Assembly (NCBI GenBank): GCA_002373935.1
Contig: DFKW01000012.1
Span: forward strand, 4,814-68,813
From: Alphaproteobacteria bacterium UBA3635
Lineage (GTDB): Bacteria > Pseudomonadota > Alphaproteobacteria > Rs-D84
DNA: 64,000 bases
Direction: 5' to 3'
Made by a program: the position numbers and the translations under genes. Below the pieces are notes generated by a model. The model was not told the DNA's origin, ran no database searches, and saw nothing but the letters and a program-made list of their open reading frames with translations. Below, one piece after another: positions 37,024-46,157 of this stretch; position 1 is the first letter of the stretch, and each line of letters opens with the position of its first letter.

Positions 37024-37941
37024 TTAAAACTTATACTTGGCGGTACACCGCAAATAAGAATCTTTTAATGCCGACGACATAAGCAACGCGCGTTCGCGGG
37101 CCTGGCCCGAACGTTTGGCGGCGCGTTTATTTGAAATTGCGTTATAAAATTCTTCCAGTGTATGTGTTTCCAAATATTGATTCACGGCATTCGCCACACA
37201 ATCCGTCATAACCGATGTCGCACCACAATTTGCACCAACTGTTTCACGCAACTCGGCGGCGGCAATACCAATCCCACCCACAGAAAGCTGCATAACCGCG
37301 GCCAGAACCTGGGGTGGCAAATTATAATATTTATATTTGTAATAATGCCGTGTCCAATAAAATAATTTCGCATCCGCAACAGTCATCTTTCTAATACATT
37401 CAACCGACAACCCCGATGCACATGTGGTAATTCCATATTTTGTTGCGCCCAACAAATAATCACCATTTTTATCCTTTATCGGTTTACCATCCGGTCCACA
37501 TATACGATTTCCCGGGTCAGATGGCGTTTGCTGAAAACCTTTTTCGTATATCAATGCATAATCTATGGCATCATCAAAAATACATTTTTGAATTTTTTGT
37601 TCTTCTGTTTGCGGGTTGGTGTATAAAATTTTTCCGGCTTTATATGCATACACACATTTTGATGCAACATTTTTCACAAACGCGTCACATTTTTCGGCAC
37701 CGTCCGCGGTTGCGACATCCATCCCACCAACATAACACACATTACTCATCCCCGCCGCGTCTATTTCACCGGTTGTTGGATTCATTTGCGCCATATATTC
37801 ATTTGCAACATCAGACCACATATTTGATGGAAATGTTTCTTGGATTGCATCCGTCAACGCATCGGCATAAAAATACGCCGCCCACACATTTGAAGTGTTT
37901 GCAAAAAACACAGAACAAAAAATCAAAATCAATTTTTTCAT
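37024..37941 (-). CDS. Secreted GH108-like N-acetylmuramidase-family protein
   Basis: Signal peptide SVFFANTSNVWA/A. LIYEKGFQQTPSDPGN...GATKYGIT...MTVADAKLFYW...LPPQVLAAVMQLSVGGIGIAAAELRETVG follows the GH108 pattern (EGGY..DPGG.T.YGIT..lT..eA..iY) with an insertion. Confidence 0.55.
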   Translation of the reverse strand: MKKLILIFCSVFFANTSNVWAAYFYADALTDAIQETFPSNMWSDVANEYMAQMNPTTGEIDAAGMSNVCYVGGMDVATADGAEKCDAFVKNVASKCVYAYKAGKILYTNPQTEEQKIQKCIFDDAIDYALIYEKGFQQTPSDPGNRICGPDGKPIKDKNGDYLLGATKYGITTCASGLSVECIRKMTVADAKLFYWTRHYYKYKYYNLPPQVLAAVMQLSVGGIGIAAAELRETVGANCGATSVMTDCVANAVNQYLETHTLEEFYNAISNKRAAKRSGQARERALLMSSALKDSYLRCTAKYKF

Positions 37942-38792
37942 TTCAAAACTTTTTCACAATTTTGTGCCACATCGGCAACCTTTTTAATTGCCGATATTTG
38001 CGTTGCATTAAATACCGTTGCCGCCCCCGATAACGCCGTTGCGCCACCCGCCAAAACATTTGCCGCCGTATCTATTTTTTCGGCATTATTTGATACAGAA
38101 TTATTGGCAATCTGACTGGAAACAATACCCGCACCACCAACAACACCGCCCGCAATAGACGACACTTGTGCCCCACGCGCGCGCTTTTTTATTTTCGACA
38201 AATCGACATATTTATACCCAGAACACGCATTGTAAATCTCGTTGGCCTCGGTCACATCAACACCATTTGCACGCACCTGGATTATAATACCCTGTAAATC
38301 GTTTACCGCCGATATACAATTCCCAATTCGCGTATTTAATTCATCATCCGACGATGTGTTTTTCGTTGCCAAAATCGCGCCCGCCACATTTGCCGCGGTA
38401 TTTGCCGCCAACAACCCAGTGCGCCAATTTCCCAAATTTTTTGATTTTTTCGATTTTAGATTCGGTTTGAAATTCGATTGTTGCGTAATTTCCAATGACG
38501 CCCCAGATGCCGAAAAATTTTCATCATCTTCGATTTTTCTTAAATCACCAAACAATTCATTGTGATTTTTAATTCCGACAACAACCGCACCTGCGCCCGC
38601 CACCGTTCCAACACCGGTGACACCGGTATTTATCCCGGCGATTTTTTTCATGTCCCCCAACAAATCATCAATTCCTACACATGCCATATATGTTTTTTGC
38701 AACCCAGAATTCAACATCGCCACACCATCTGCATGCGCCGCCACAGGTAAAAACAATGCAACAAAAATCAAAAAGCGATAAATCATACACAA
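37938..38792 (-). CDS. Secreted Gly/Ala-rich protein with repeated glycine-zipper-like segments
   Basis: 284 aa with signal peptide ALFLPVAAHA/DG. Four GxxxG-rich hydrophobic stretches (TGVGTVAGAGAVVVG, AANVAGAILA, IAGGVVGGAGIV, LAGGATALSGAA). ATGA overlap with the downstream GH108-like gene. Confidence 0.5.
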   Translation of the reverse strand: MCMIYRFLIFVALFLPVAAHADGVAMLNSGLQKTYMACVGIDDLLGDMKKIAGINTGVTGVGTVAGAGAVVVGIKNHNELFGDLRKIEDDENFSASGASLEITQQSNFKPNLKSKKSKNLGNWRTGLLAANTAANVAGAILATKNTSSDDELNTRIGNCISAVNDLQGIIIQVRANGVDVTEANEIYNACSGYKYVDLSKIKKRARGAQVSSIAGGVVGGAGIVSSQIANNSVSNNAEKIDTAANVLAGGATALSGAATVFNATQISAIKKVADVAQNCEKVLK

Positions 38793-38836
38793 ATTATATC
38801 ACAAAAGGCGCAACAAAACAAACCGAAATAAATAAA

Positions 38837-38865
38837 TTGACCCTCGGGGGGCGGTATGCTATGCT
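38837..38865 (+). promoter_or_regulatory. Candidate sigma70-type promoter for trxB-serS
   Basis: ttgacc, 17-nt spacer, tatgct. It lies about 30 nt upstream of the trxB ATG. Confidence 0.3.
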
Positions 38866-38894
38866 GAATGCGCGAATAAATATAGGAATAAAAA

Positions 38895-39800
38895 ATGTAT
38901 GACATAATAATATTGGGTTCGGGTCCGGCGGGCCTGACCGCCGCAATTTATGCGGCACGCGCAAATAAAAAGACATTGATAATCGCGGGTGACACTATTG
39001 GCGGTCAAACATCGGAAATTGCAAACCTGGAAAACTTTCCTGGATACATGGGTTCCGGCATGGATTGGATACAATCGACATTAAAGCAAGCCACCGGTTT
39101 CGGTGCCAAAATTGCCTATGCATCCGCAACCGACATTAAATGGGACGGCAATTTTACATATACAATTCAATGCGATAACGGCAAAACATATACTTGCCCT
39201 GCGGTAATTATGGCAACGGGCGCACGCGCGCGGCGATTGGAAATCGACGGCGCACGCGAATTGATGGGCAACGGCGTTTCATATTGCGCAACATGCGATG
39301 GGTTTTTCTATTCCGGAAAACGCGTATTGGTTATCGGTGGCGGAAACAGTGCATTAAACGACGCGCTGTATTTGGCGGATTTGGCAAAAAGTGTCCAAAT
39401 CATTTATCGCAAATCTGCATTCACCCGGGCCGAGGCAATTGTTCGTGACCGTGTTGCGGCACGCGAAAACATTGAACCTGTATTTAACACCGAATTAAAA
39501 TCAATTCGTAAAAAATCTGATTCGGAATCTGGCGAATTGATTGCAACAACGACGGATGGCCGTGAAATTGTTTGCGACGGAATTTTTGTTGCCATTGGCC
39601 ACGAGGCCAATACGGATTATTTAACCGAGGAAATTAAACGCGACGACATGGGCCGCGTGATGGCGGACGACCTGCCCCGTGGGATGTTTGTTGCCGGCGA
39701 CGAAAAAAGTGGTATCAAGATGCAGGTTGCAACCGCCGTTGGTACCGGATGCAGTGCCGCCATGGACGCAATTGCATACCTGAACACAAAGGATAATTAA
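38895..39800 (+). CDS. trxB: Thioredoxin-disulfide reductase
   Basis: GSGPAGLTAAIYAARA (FAD motif), redox-active CATCDG, GGGNSA (NADPH motif). Confidence 0.92.
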   Translation: MYDIIILGSGPAGLTAAIYAARANKKTLIIAGDTIGGQTSEIANLENFPGYMGSGMDWIQSTLKQATGFGAKIAYASATDIKWDGNFTYTIQCDNGKTYTCPAVIMATGARARRLEIDGARELMGNGVSYCATCDGFFYSGKRVLVIGGGNSALNDALYLADLAKSVQIIYRKSAFTRAEAIVRDRVAARENIEPVFNTELKSIRKKSDSESGELIATTTDGREIVCDGIFVAIGHEANTDYLTEEIKRDDMGRVMADDLPRGMFVAGDEKSGIKMQVATAVGTGCSAAMDAIAYLNTKDN

Positions 39801-39801
39801 A

Positions 39802-41082
39802 ATGTTGGATATAAAATTTATTCGTGAAAATCCGGACATCGTTCGCAACGCATGCCGTGTTAAAAATTTTCCCGATGTGGTTGACGAATTGTTAATGACG
39901 GACGCGCGTGTGCGTGAATTAAAAACAATTACACAAACCATGACCGCGGAAAAAAATAAAATTTCACGCGAAATTCCATCTGCCACCGACAAGGCACCAT
40001 TGATTCAACGCAGTAAAGAAATCAGCGATGAAATCGCCAACGATATGGCGGAATTAGCCACGGCGGAAGAAAAATTAAACGATTTAATGCATCGCGTGCC
40101 ACAAATACCGGCCGCATCCGCCCCCATTGGTGCGGACGATACGGCAAACACGGTTGTCAAAACCGTTGGGACCCCACGCAAATTTGATTTTACCCCGCGT
40201 CCCCAGTGGGATTTATTGGATATGAATAATTGGTGGATGCCGGAAAAAATCGCAAACACATGCGGCACGCGCGTATATGCATTATGCGGCGAATTGGCGG
40301 AATTGGAATTGGCGGTTCAAACATATGTAATTCAAAAATTGATTGGCAAAGGTTTCAAATACATCGATTGCCCATCAATTACAAAGCCCCAGACAATATT
40401 CAACGCCGGACATTTTATCGGTTCCGACATGTCGGTCATGAACAACGATGTGTTCATGCTGACAGATACCGACCGTTGCCTGGCGGGCACATCTGAAATC
40501 ATAATGAATTCTTTATTTGCGGGTGAAATTTTACCGGAATCCGAATTACCATTAAAATTCGCCGGATTTTCACCATGCTTTCGACGCGAGGCCGGCGCCG
40601 CCGGTCGCGACACAAGGGGCCTGGTTCGCGTTCATCAATTCAAAAAGGTTGAACAGTTTATATTCTGTCGCCCCGAAGATTCCGACGAAATGCACGAATT
40701 GCTGTTAAATAACCTGTGCGAAATTATGGTGGACCTTGAATTACCATACCGAGTCATTGCAAACTCAACCGGCGATATGGGATTCAACAAGGTTAAAATG
40801 AACGATGTCGAGGCATGGATTCCGTCCGAGGGAACATACCGCGAATTGGGTTCTTGTTCGTCAATCGGCACTTTCCAGGCACGCCGCACAAACACCCGTT
40901 TCCGCGAAAATGGCACGAACGAGGTTAAATTTGTTGCGACATTAAATAATACCGGAATCGCCCTGCCTCGCGCATTGGTGCCAATTATCGAAAATCACCA
41001 AAACCCGGATGGTTCGGTGAATATTCCAAAATGCCTGCAACCATTAATGGGTGGCAGAACAAAGATTGGTGGTTCCCATTAA
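39802..41082 (+). CDS. serS: Serine--tRNA ligase
   Basis: 426 aa with an N-terminal coiled-coil arm and class II motifs (FRREAGAAGRDTRGLVRVHQF, GSCSS...ARR). Confidence 0.92.
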   Translation: MLDIKFIRENPDIVRNACRVKNFPDVVDELLMTDARVRELKTITQTMTAEKNKISREIPSATDKAPLIQRSKEISDEIANDMAELATAEEKLNDLMHRVPQIPAASAPIGADDTANTVVKTVGTPRKFDFTPRPQWDLLDMNNWWMPEKIANTCGTRVYALCGELAELELAVQTYVIQKLIGKGFKYIDCPSITKPQTIFNAGHFIGSDMSVMNNDVFMLTDTDRCLAGTSEIIMNSLFAGEILPESELPLKFAGFSPCFRREAGAAGRDTRGLVRVHQFKKVEQFIFCRPEDSDEMHELLLNNLCEIMVDLELPYRVIANSTGDMGFNKVKMNDVEAWIPSEGTYRELGSCSSIGTFQARRTNTRFRENGTNEVKFVATLNNTGIALPRALVPIIENHQNPDGSVNIPKCLQPLMGGRTKIGGSH

Positions 41083-41096
41083 ACTTTATCCACCCA

Positions 41097-41158
41097 ATCG
41101 CGCCGTAGCATTGTTCATAATTACAAAACAAACTTTACAATTATCGGCGAAGGCGGAT
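41097..41158. repeat. Short intergenic repeat core, copy 1, inside a 110-nt insertion at the serS 3' end
   Basis: atcgcgccgtagcattgttc ... ta(t/c)cggcgaaggcggat. The same end blocks (20 of 20 and 16 of 17 nt) flank a different centre at 59815-59878. Confidence 0.6.
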
Positions 41159-41192
41159 GGGTGGCCGCACCAAGATTGGTGGCAAACACTAA
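41157..41192 (+). other. Displaced second copy of the last 12 serS codons
   Basis: atgggtggccgcaccaagattggtggcaaacactaa (MGGRTKIGGKH*) versus 41047-41082 atgggtggcagaacaaagattggtggttcccattaa (MGGRTKIGGSH*). 28 of 36 nt are identical, and five of the eight differences are synonymous. Confidence 0.65.
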
Positions 41193-41198
41193 ATAAAA

Positions 41199-41222
41199 AT
41201 GCCCAAACGGGCATTTTTTTTG
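41199..41222 (+). terminator. Rho-independent terminator following the distal serS-end copy
   Basis: atgccc aaac gggcat followed by a 9-nt T-run. Confidence 0.65.
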
Positions 41223-41226
41223 TTTA

Positions 41227-41255
41227 TTGTTGAAATTTGAAAAATATAGTATAAT
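41227..41255 (+). promoter_or_regulatory. Candidate sigma70-type promoter for typA
   Basis: ttgttg, 17-nt spacer, tataat. It lies about 37 nt upstream of the ATG. Confidence 0.35.
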
Positions 41256-41291
41256 CTATACACTTATTACGAAAAAAATGGGGATAAACAG

Positions 41292-43139
41292 ATGAAAATT
41301 CGCAACATTGCAATTATTGCACACGTGGACCATGGGAAAACAACCCTGGTTGACAATATGTTGAAACAGGCGGGAACTTTCCGCGAAAACGAACGGGTCG
41401 AAGACCGCGTCATGGACAGCGGCGACATCGAACGCGAACGCGGTATTACCATTTCTGCAAAGCCGACATCTATCCAATGGGGCGAATATAAAATTAATAT
41501 CGTTGACACCCCGGGCCACGCCGATTTCGGTGGCGAGGTTGAACGTATTTTATCCATGGTTGACGGCGTGGTGTTATTGGTTGACAGTGCCGAAGGCCCA
41601 CTGCCCCAAACAAAATTTGTGTTATCCAAGGCATTAAAACTGGGGCTGCGCCCGATTGTATGTATCAACAAGGTTGACCGCGCCGACGCCCGTCCCGAAG
41701 AAGTTTTAACCGAAACATTTGATTTGTTTGATAAATTGGGCGCGGATGACGCACAACTGGATTTCCCATATCTGTACGCGGTTGGCCGCGACGGTTGGGC
41801 GGTTCGCGATTTAAGTGAAATAAACAACCCAAACAAAGATTTGAAACCATTGTTCCAATTGATTGTGGACCATGTGCCGGCACCTGATTGCAACGGCACG
41901 CGTTGCCAACTGGACGCACCATTTAAAATGTTGGCCACAACATTAGAGGCCGACCCCTATGTCGGACGCATTTTAACCGGTAAAATCGAATCCGGAACCG
42001 TCCGCGTTGGTCAAACGGTCAAGGCAATCAATATGGCCGGCGAATTGGTTGAAACGGCAAAAATCACAAAAATCATCGAACACGCGGGTGTGCAAAAAGT
42101 ATCGCGTGATTCTGCATCGGCGGGTGACATCGTGGTTGTCGCCGGATTCAGTAAAGCAACCGTGGCGGACACATTGTGTGACCCATCTGTCACCGAACCT
42201 ATTCCGGCATTACCAATTGACCCACCAACCCTGACGATGACATTTTTTGTGAACACATCCCCTCTGGCGGGAAAATCCGGCAAAAAATTGACATCACGCA
42301 TGATTGGCGAACGGTTATTTCGCGAGGCCGAAACCAACATCGCCCTGCGCGTCACACAAAGTGCCAACAACGAATCTTTCGAGGTTTCCGGTCGTGGCGA
42401 ATTACAATTGGGTATTTTAATCGAAACAATGCGCCGCGAAGGTTTTGAATTGTCTGTGTCGCGCCCACGCGTTATCATGCACCAAAACGAAAACGGCGAA
42501 AAAATGGAACCAATCGAAGAAGTCGTTATCGATGTGGACGACGAATTCAGTGGTGTTGTTATTGAAAAAATGACCAAGCGCAAGGCAACCATTACAGACA
42601 TGAAACCATCCGGCATCGGCAAAACCCGCATTGTATTTTCGGCACCTTCACGCGGATTGATTGGATATTTATCTGAATTCCGCACCGACACACGCGGCAC
42701 CGGAATTATGAACCGTGTATTTGATAAATACGATTTATATCGCGGTCCAATCACACAATATCGCCCCGGTGTGTTGGTATCAATGGAGGCAGGACAAACA
42801 ACAACATACGCCCTGCACAATTTGGAACCACGTGGTGTTTTATTCGTTGGCCCACAAACCGAGGTTTATTCCGGTATGATTGTCGGTGAACACAGCAAAG
42901 AAAACGATATCGAGGTCAATCCTGTCAAAGGCAAACAATTAACCAATGTGCGCTCTGTGACCGCTGATGAAAAATTATTCTTGGCGCCACCGCGCAAAAT
43001 TTCATTGGAAGAGGCCCTGTCATACATCCAAGACGACGAATTGGTAGAGGTCACCCCTGCAACAATTCGCCTGCGCAAAAAAGAATTGGACAGCGGCAAA
43101 CGCAAAAAAGCATATCGTTTCGCGGAATCCGCAGATTAA
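41292..43139 (+). CDS. typA: Translational GTPase TypA/BipA
   Basis: IRNIAIIAHVDHGKTTL, DTPGHADF and NKVD match G1-G4. EF-G-like domains are followed by the BipA-specific C-terminus. Confidence 0.92.
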   Translation: MKIRNIAIIAHVDHGKTTLVDNMLKQAGTFRENERVEDRVMDSGDIERERGITISAKPTSIQWGEYKINIVDTPGHADFGGEVERILSMVDGVVLLVDSAEGPLPQTKFVLSKALKLGLRPIVCINKVDRADARPEEVLTETFDLFDKLGADDAQLDFPYLYAVGRDGWAVRDLSEINNPNKDLKPLFQLIVDHVPAPDCNGTRCQLDAPFKMLATTLEADPYVGRILTGKIESGTVRVGQTVKAINMAGELVETAKITKIIEHAGVQKVSRDSASAGDIVVVAGFSKATVADTLCDPSVTEPIPALPIDPPTLTMTFFVNTSPLAGKSGKKLTSRMIGERLFREAETNIALRVTQSANNESFEVSGRGELQLGILIETMRREGFELSVSRPRVIMHQNENGEKMEPIEEVVIDVDDEFSGVVIEKMTKRKATITDMKPSGIGKTRIVFSAPSRGLIGYLSEFRTDTRGTGIMNRVFDKYDLYRGPITQYRPGVLVSMEAGQTTTYALHNLEPRGVLFVGPQTEVYSGMIVGEHSKENDIEVNPVKGKQLTNVRSVTADEKLFLAPPRKISLEEALSYIQDDELVEVTPATIRLRKKELDSGKRKKAYRFAESAD

Positions 43140-43173
43140 AATTTTCCGCTGAAACAATGCACTTAGCACAAAA

Positions 43174-43203
43174 AACGCCAGATAAAAATCCGGCGTTTTT
43201 TTT
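43174..43203. terminator. Terminator between typA and the convergent glycosyltransferase gene
   Basis: acgcc ... ggcgt stem followed by a T-run. An A-run precedes it. Confidence 0.5.
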
Positions 43204-43205
43204 AA

Positions 43206-44408
43206 CTAACCCTCGTAATTTAATTTTCGTTTTAACCATCGACGGAAATTTCCGCGTCTTTCGCGCCCCGGCACAAAACAAGATGACCAATGAATAATAA
43301 AATGTTTGATATTATTTAATCCAACACCACCATATTTTTTATTATATTCCGCCAACGCCGCATCATATTCCGCCAAATCTTTTTTATTCGGCACCACATC
43401 ACGCGCCGTATATTTGAAACCAAATGCATCAAAGAAATCACGCATATGTTGATTTACACCAATAATTTGCGGCACAGATGAACAATGGTCTGTGGGCTTA
43501 TTCTCGACCGACCCCGATATAAACACACCATTTAACCCCTTGGTATCATTGATTAAATTTTGAATATCCGCATTACATTTGGCCTGACGATTGCGTTTAA
43601 TTTGCACAACCACGCCACCCGATTTCATAAACAACGCCAAATGCAACGCCGTCCCCGCGCATCCCGCCAACACACGCGCATTTTTAACCAACGCAATTTG
43701 CTGGCTCAGTGGCAGTTTTTCCGGCCAAATAATTTTATAGCCATTTTTTTCAAATATTTTTTGCACCACCCCTTCGCCGTATGTGCGCCGTGTTTGCATG
43801 GCGGTACGTGACACATAAATTTTTTCATATTTTTCGCGCAGTGGTTTTACATTTTTCGCAATCGCGTCATACATTTTTCCAAACGCATCCGATGAATACA
43901 CCGGAATATTAAATCCCTGGTCCGGAACATAAACACGGCGAAATTGTGTTGTTTCGTTCAAAATCAAAATATTTTCGCGTTTCACCCCCAACAGTTCCAA
44001 CAATTCAAACATATAATTTGGCACGGGATTCACATCTTTGTTATTTACCAATACGAATTTTGCGCGTTTGTATTTTTTATCCAACGCCACATAAGCCCGG
44101 TTCATGTGTTCCAATAAAAAATGACCAAACTGCGGAAACACATTTCCCACGAACACCGCGTCCACATCCATATAGGCGATATTTTTATGATTAAATTTTG
44201 GTATAAATTGCCCATTGTTTTTTCGCATCTGACGCGAAGATTTCACAAACCGGAAATTTTTATCAAACACACCAAAACCGTGCCGATGTTCATTTACAAT
44301 AATACCATTTTCAAATTCTTGGACATGCACATCACGCATATATTGACGCGAGATTGATTTTTCAAAATATTTTTCAAAGTCGCTATCGGCAAATAATTTA
44401 TACCACAT
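43206..44408 (-). CDS. DUF563 / GT61-like glycosyltransferase
   Basis: 400 aa. KIYVSRT...RRTYGEGVVQKIFEKNGYKIIWPEKLPLSQQIALVKNARVLAGCAGTALHLALFM follows the DUF563 C-terminal pattern. Confidence 0.55.
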   Translation of the reverse strand: MWYKLFADSDFEKYFEKSISRQYMRDVHVQEFENGIIVNEHRHGFGVFDKNFRFVKSSRQMRKNNGQFIPKFNHKNIAYMDVDAVFVGNVFPQFGHFLLEHMNRAYVALDKKYKRAKFVLVNNKDVNPVPNYMFELLELLGVKRENILILNETTQFRRVYVPDQGFNIPVYSSDAFGKMYDAIAKNVKPLREKYEKIYVSRTAMQTRRTYGEGVVQKIFEKNGYKIIWPEKLPLSQQIALVKNARVLAGCAGTALHLALFMKSGGVVVQIKRNRQAKCNADIQNLINDTKGLNGVFISGSVENKPTDHCSSVPQIIGVNQHMRDFFDAFGFKYTARDVVPNKKDLAEYDAALAEYNKKYGGVGLNNIKHFIIHWSSCFVPGRERRGNFRRWLKRKLNYEG

Positions 44409-44471
44409 AAAAAATCCTTATGGTTGCAAAATTGCTATAAAACATGTATATTATAACCATATGGTAAAAAT

Positions 44472-45314
44472 ATGTCCAACAATAAACGACTTTTTTTATT
44501 TGCCGCATACGATGCAAATGGCATAATTGACGACGCATTGATGTTTTATATAAAAAAATTATCCCAATGCGGCGACATAATTTTCTGCATGGATGCCGAT
44601 TGCAAGGGCACTGAATTAAACCGCATAAAAAAATATACCATTGCGCGTATGGGTTGCCGTCACGGCGAATACGATTTTGGGTCATATAAACGCGCATACG
44701 AATATGCCAAGAAAAATAAATTATTAAAAAAATATGATTTTGTGTACATGGTCAACGATTCTGTATTTGGACCACTGCATGATTTAGAACCCGTATTAAA
44801 ACAAATGGAATCAAAAAACACCGACGCATTTGGCTTGGTGGAAAGTCGCCACACCCATTACCGTCACATCCAATCGTGGTTTATCGGCATGCGCCGCGGT
44901 GTTTTTATGCATAAATGGTTTGATAAATTTATAATGTCTGTCAAACAACAACCACATAAATATTTAATCACCGTTTTATACGAAAATAAATTTACCGATA
45001 TTTTAGAAGAACATGGTGGCACATGGTATTGCCCATTTATCTGTCGCGGACGCAGTGTTTATAACAACCCAGCCCGTTTATTCAAATTGGGATGCCCATT
45101 TATTAAAAAAATGTCGTTCACGCGCCATAATGGCGCAATCGGGCACGCGTTGTATTATATATTAAACAAATGCACACCGGACGCACGCGATGCGGTGCTA
45201 TCTGGCGCAAATCATGCATATACGCAAAAATACATATCGTGGTTATTGACACCAAATCCATTTGCATACATTACGCGCGGCGCAAAATATGCATTAAAAA
45301 AACTAAAAGGTTAA
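44472..45314 (+). CDS. Polysaccharide biosynthesis protein, possibly RgpF-like
   Basis: 280 aa. LFLFAAYDANGIIDDALMFYIKKL and YDFVYMVNDSVFGP resemble rhamnan-synthesis-F-like proteins. Weak call. Confidence 0.4.
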   Translation: MSNNKRLFLFAAYDANGIIDDALMFYIKKLSQCGDIIFCMDADCKGTELNRIKKYTIARMGCRHGEYDFGSYKRAYEYAKKNKLLKKYDFVYMVNDSVFGPLHDLEPVLKQMESKNTDAFGLVESRHTHYRHIQSWFIGMRRGVFMHKWFDKFIMSVKQQPHKYLITVLYENKFTDILEEHGGTWYCPFICRGRSVYNNPARLFKLGCPFIKKMSFTRHNGAIGHALYYILNKCTPDARDAVLSGANHAYTQKYISWLLTPNPFAYITRGAKYALKKLKG

Positions 45315-45320
45315 ATAAAC

Positions 45321-46157
45321 ATGAAAAAAACAAAAAAGATTGCCGCAATAACAATGGCACGTGACGATGAATTTTTCTTGTCCCGTTGGATTGCGTATTA
45401 CGGTAAACAATTTGGCACGGAAAATTTATATATTATATTGGACGGCACCGACCAAAAAACACCAAAAAATGCGGGCAACGCACATATAACAAAATTGGAA
45501 CACGAACCGATGTCGCGCGCCGCGGGCGACAAATATCGCATTGGAAAATTATCAGAATTGGCAACCGAATTATTAAAATCGTATGACATCGTTATCGGTT
45601 GCGACAGTGATGAATTTTTAATTGTTGATCCAAATACAAAAATGAACCTGGCCGAATATTTATCCAACAAGAAAATTAAAACCACGCTTTCCGGATTGGG
45701 TTTGGATGTTGGTCAAAATCTAAAATCCGAGGGCGAATTGGATACCCAGGCACCATTTTTGGAACAGCGGCAATTTGCCCTGCTGTCCACGCGTTATACA
45801 AAACCGGTTGTCAAAACCATCACCGCCCCCTGGGGCAGTGGTTTTCACAGTATTCGTCATCACAATTTCCACATTGATAAAAATTTATACTTACTGCACT
45901 TTGGCGCAATTGATTTGAAAATGTTGGAACGCAAAGCCGCCGCCCGTGGCACCGATTGGTTAAACCACCTGCGCCGGCGTGGAAACGGCACAATCAACGC
46001 GGTCACAAATTCGAAAATTTATGGTGAAAAATGGTTGCGCATCGCACGCATTTTACAAACATACATGCGCCCAATTTATGCATTACGCAAACCTGCAATG
46101 TTGGGATTAAAACCGGTTGTTAAAATACCCGCACGATTCAAGAAATCAGGGATTTAA
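45321..46157 (+). CDS. GT2-like glycosyltransferase (Glyco_tranf_2_4 type)
   Basis: AAITMARDDEFFLSRWIAYYGKQFG...YIILDG and the DxD-like motif CDSDEF. Confidence 0.5.
   Translation: MKKTKKIAAITMARDDEFFLSRWIAYYGKQFGTENLYIILDGTDQKTPKNAGNAHITKLEHEPMSRAAGDKYRIGKLSELATELLKSYDIVIGCDSDEFLIVDPNTKMNLAEYLSNKKIKTTLSGLGLDVGQNLKSEGELDTQAPFLEQRQFALLSTRYTKPVVKTITAPWGSGFHSIRHHNFHIDKNLYLLHFGAIDLKMLERKAAARGTDWLNHLRRRGNGTINAVTNSKIYGEKWLRIARILQTYMRPIYALRKPAMLGLKPVVKIPARFKKSGI

Noticed and set aside
41085-41093. ttatccacc DnaA-box-like sequence as an origin marker
   Set aside because: It is a single 8-of-9 match with no cluster of boxes, no AT-rich unwinding element and no dnaA or hemE context.
41097-41116. gcgccgtagc... 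resembles the 5' end of a tRNA
   Set aside because: No D-arm, anticodon arm, T-arm (GTTCRANYC) or acceptor complement follows. I found no tRNA-like cloverleaf anywhere in the window.
41051-41233. 60-aa ORF spanning the serS-end duplication
   Set aside because: It is out of frame with serS and runs through the repeat core and the terminator. The duplication itself is reported as a finding.
41267-42820. Long minus-strand ORFs (223 aa and 269 aa) inside typA
   Set aside because: They are antisense shadows of a highly conserved GTPase gene and have Ser/Arg/Thr-rich nonsense composition.
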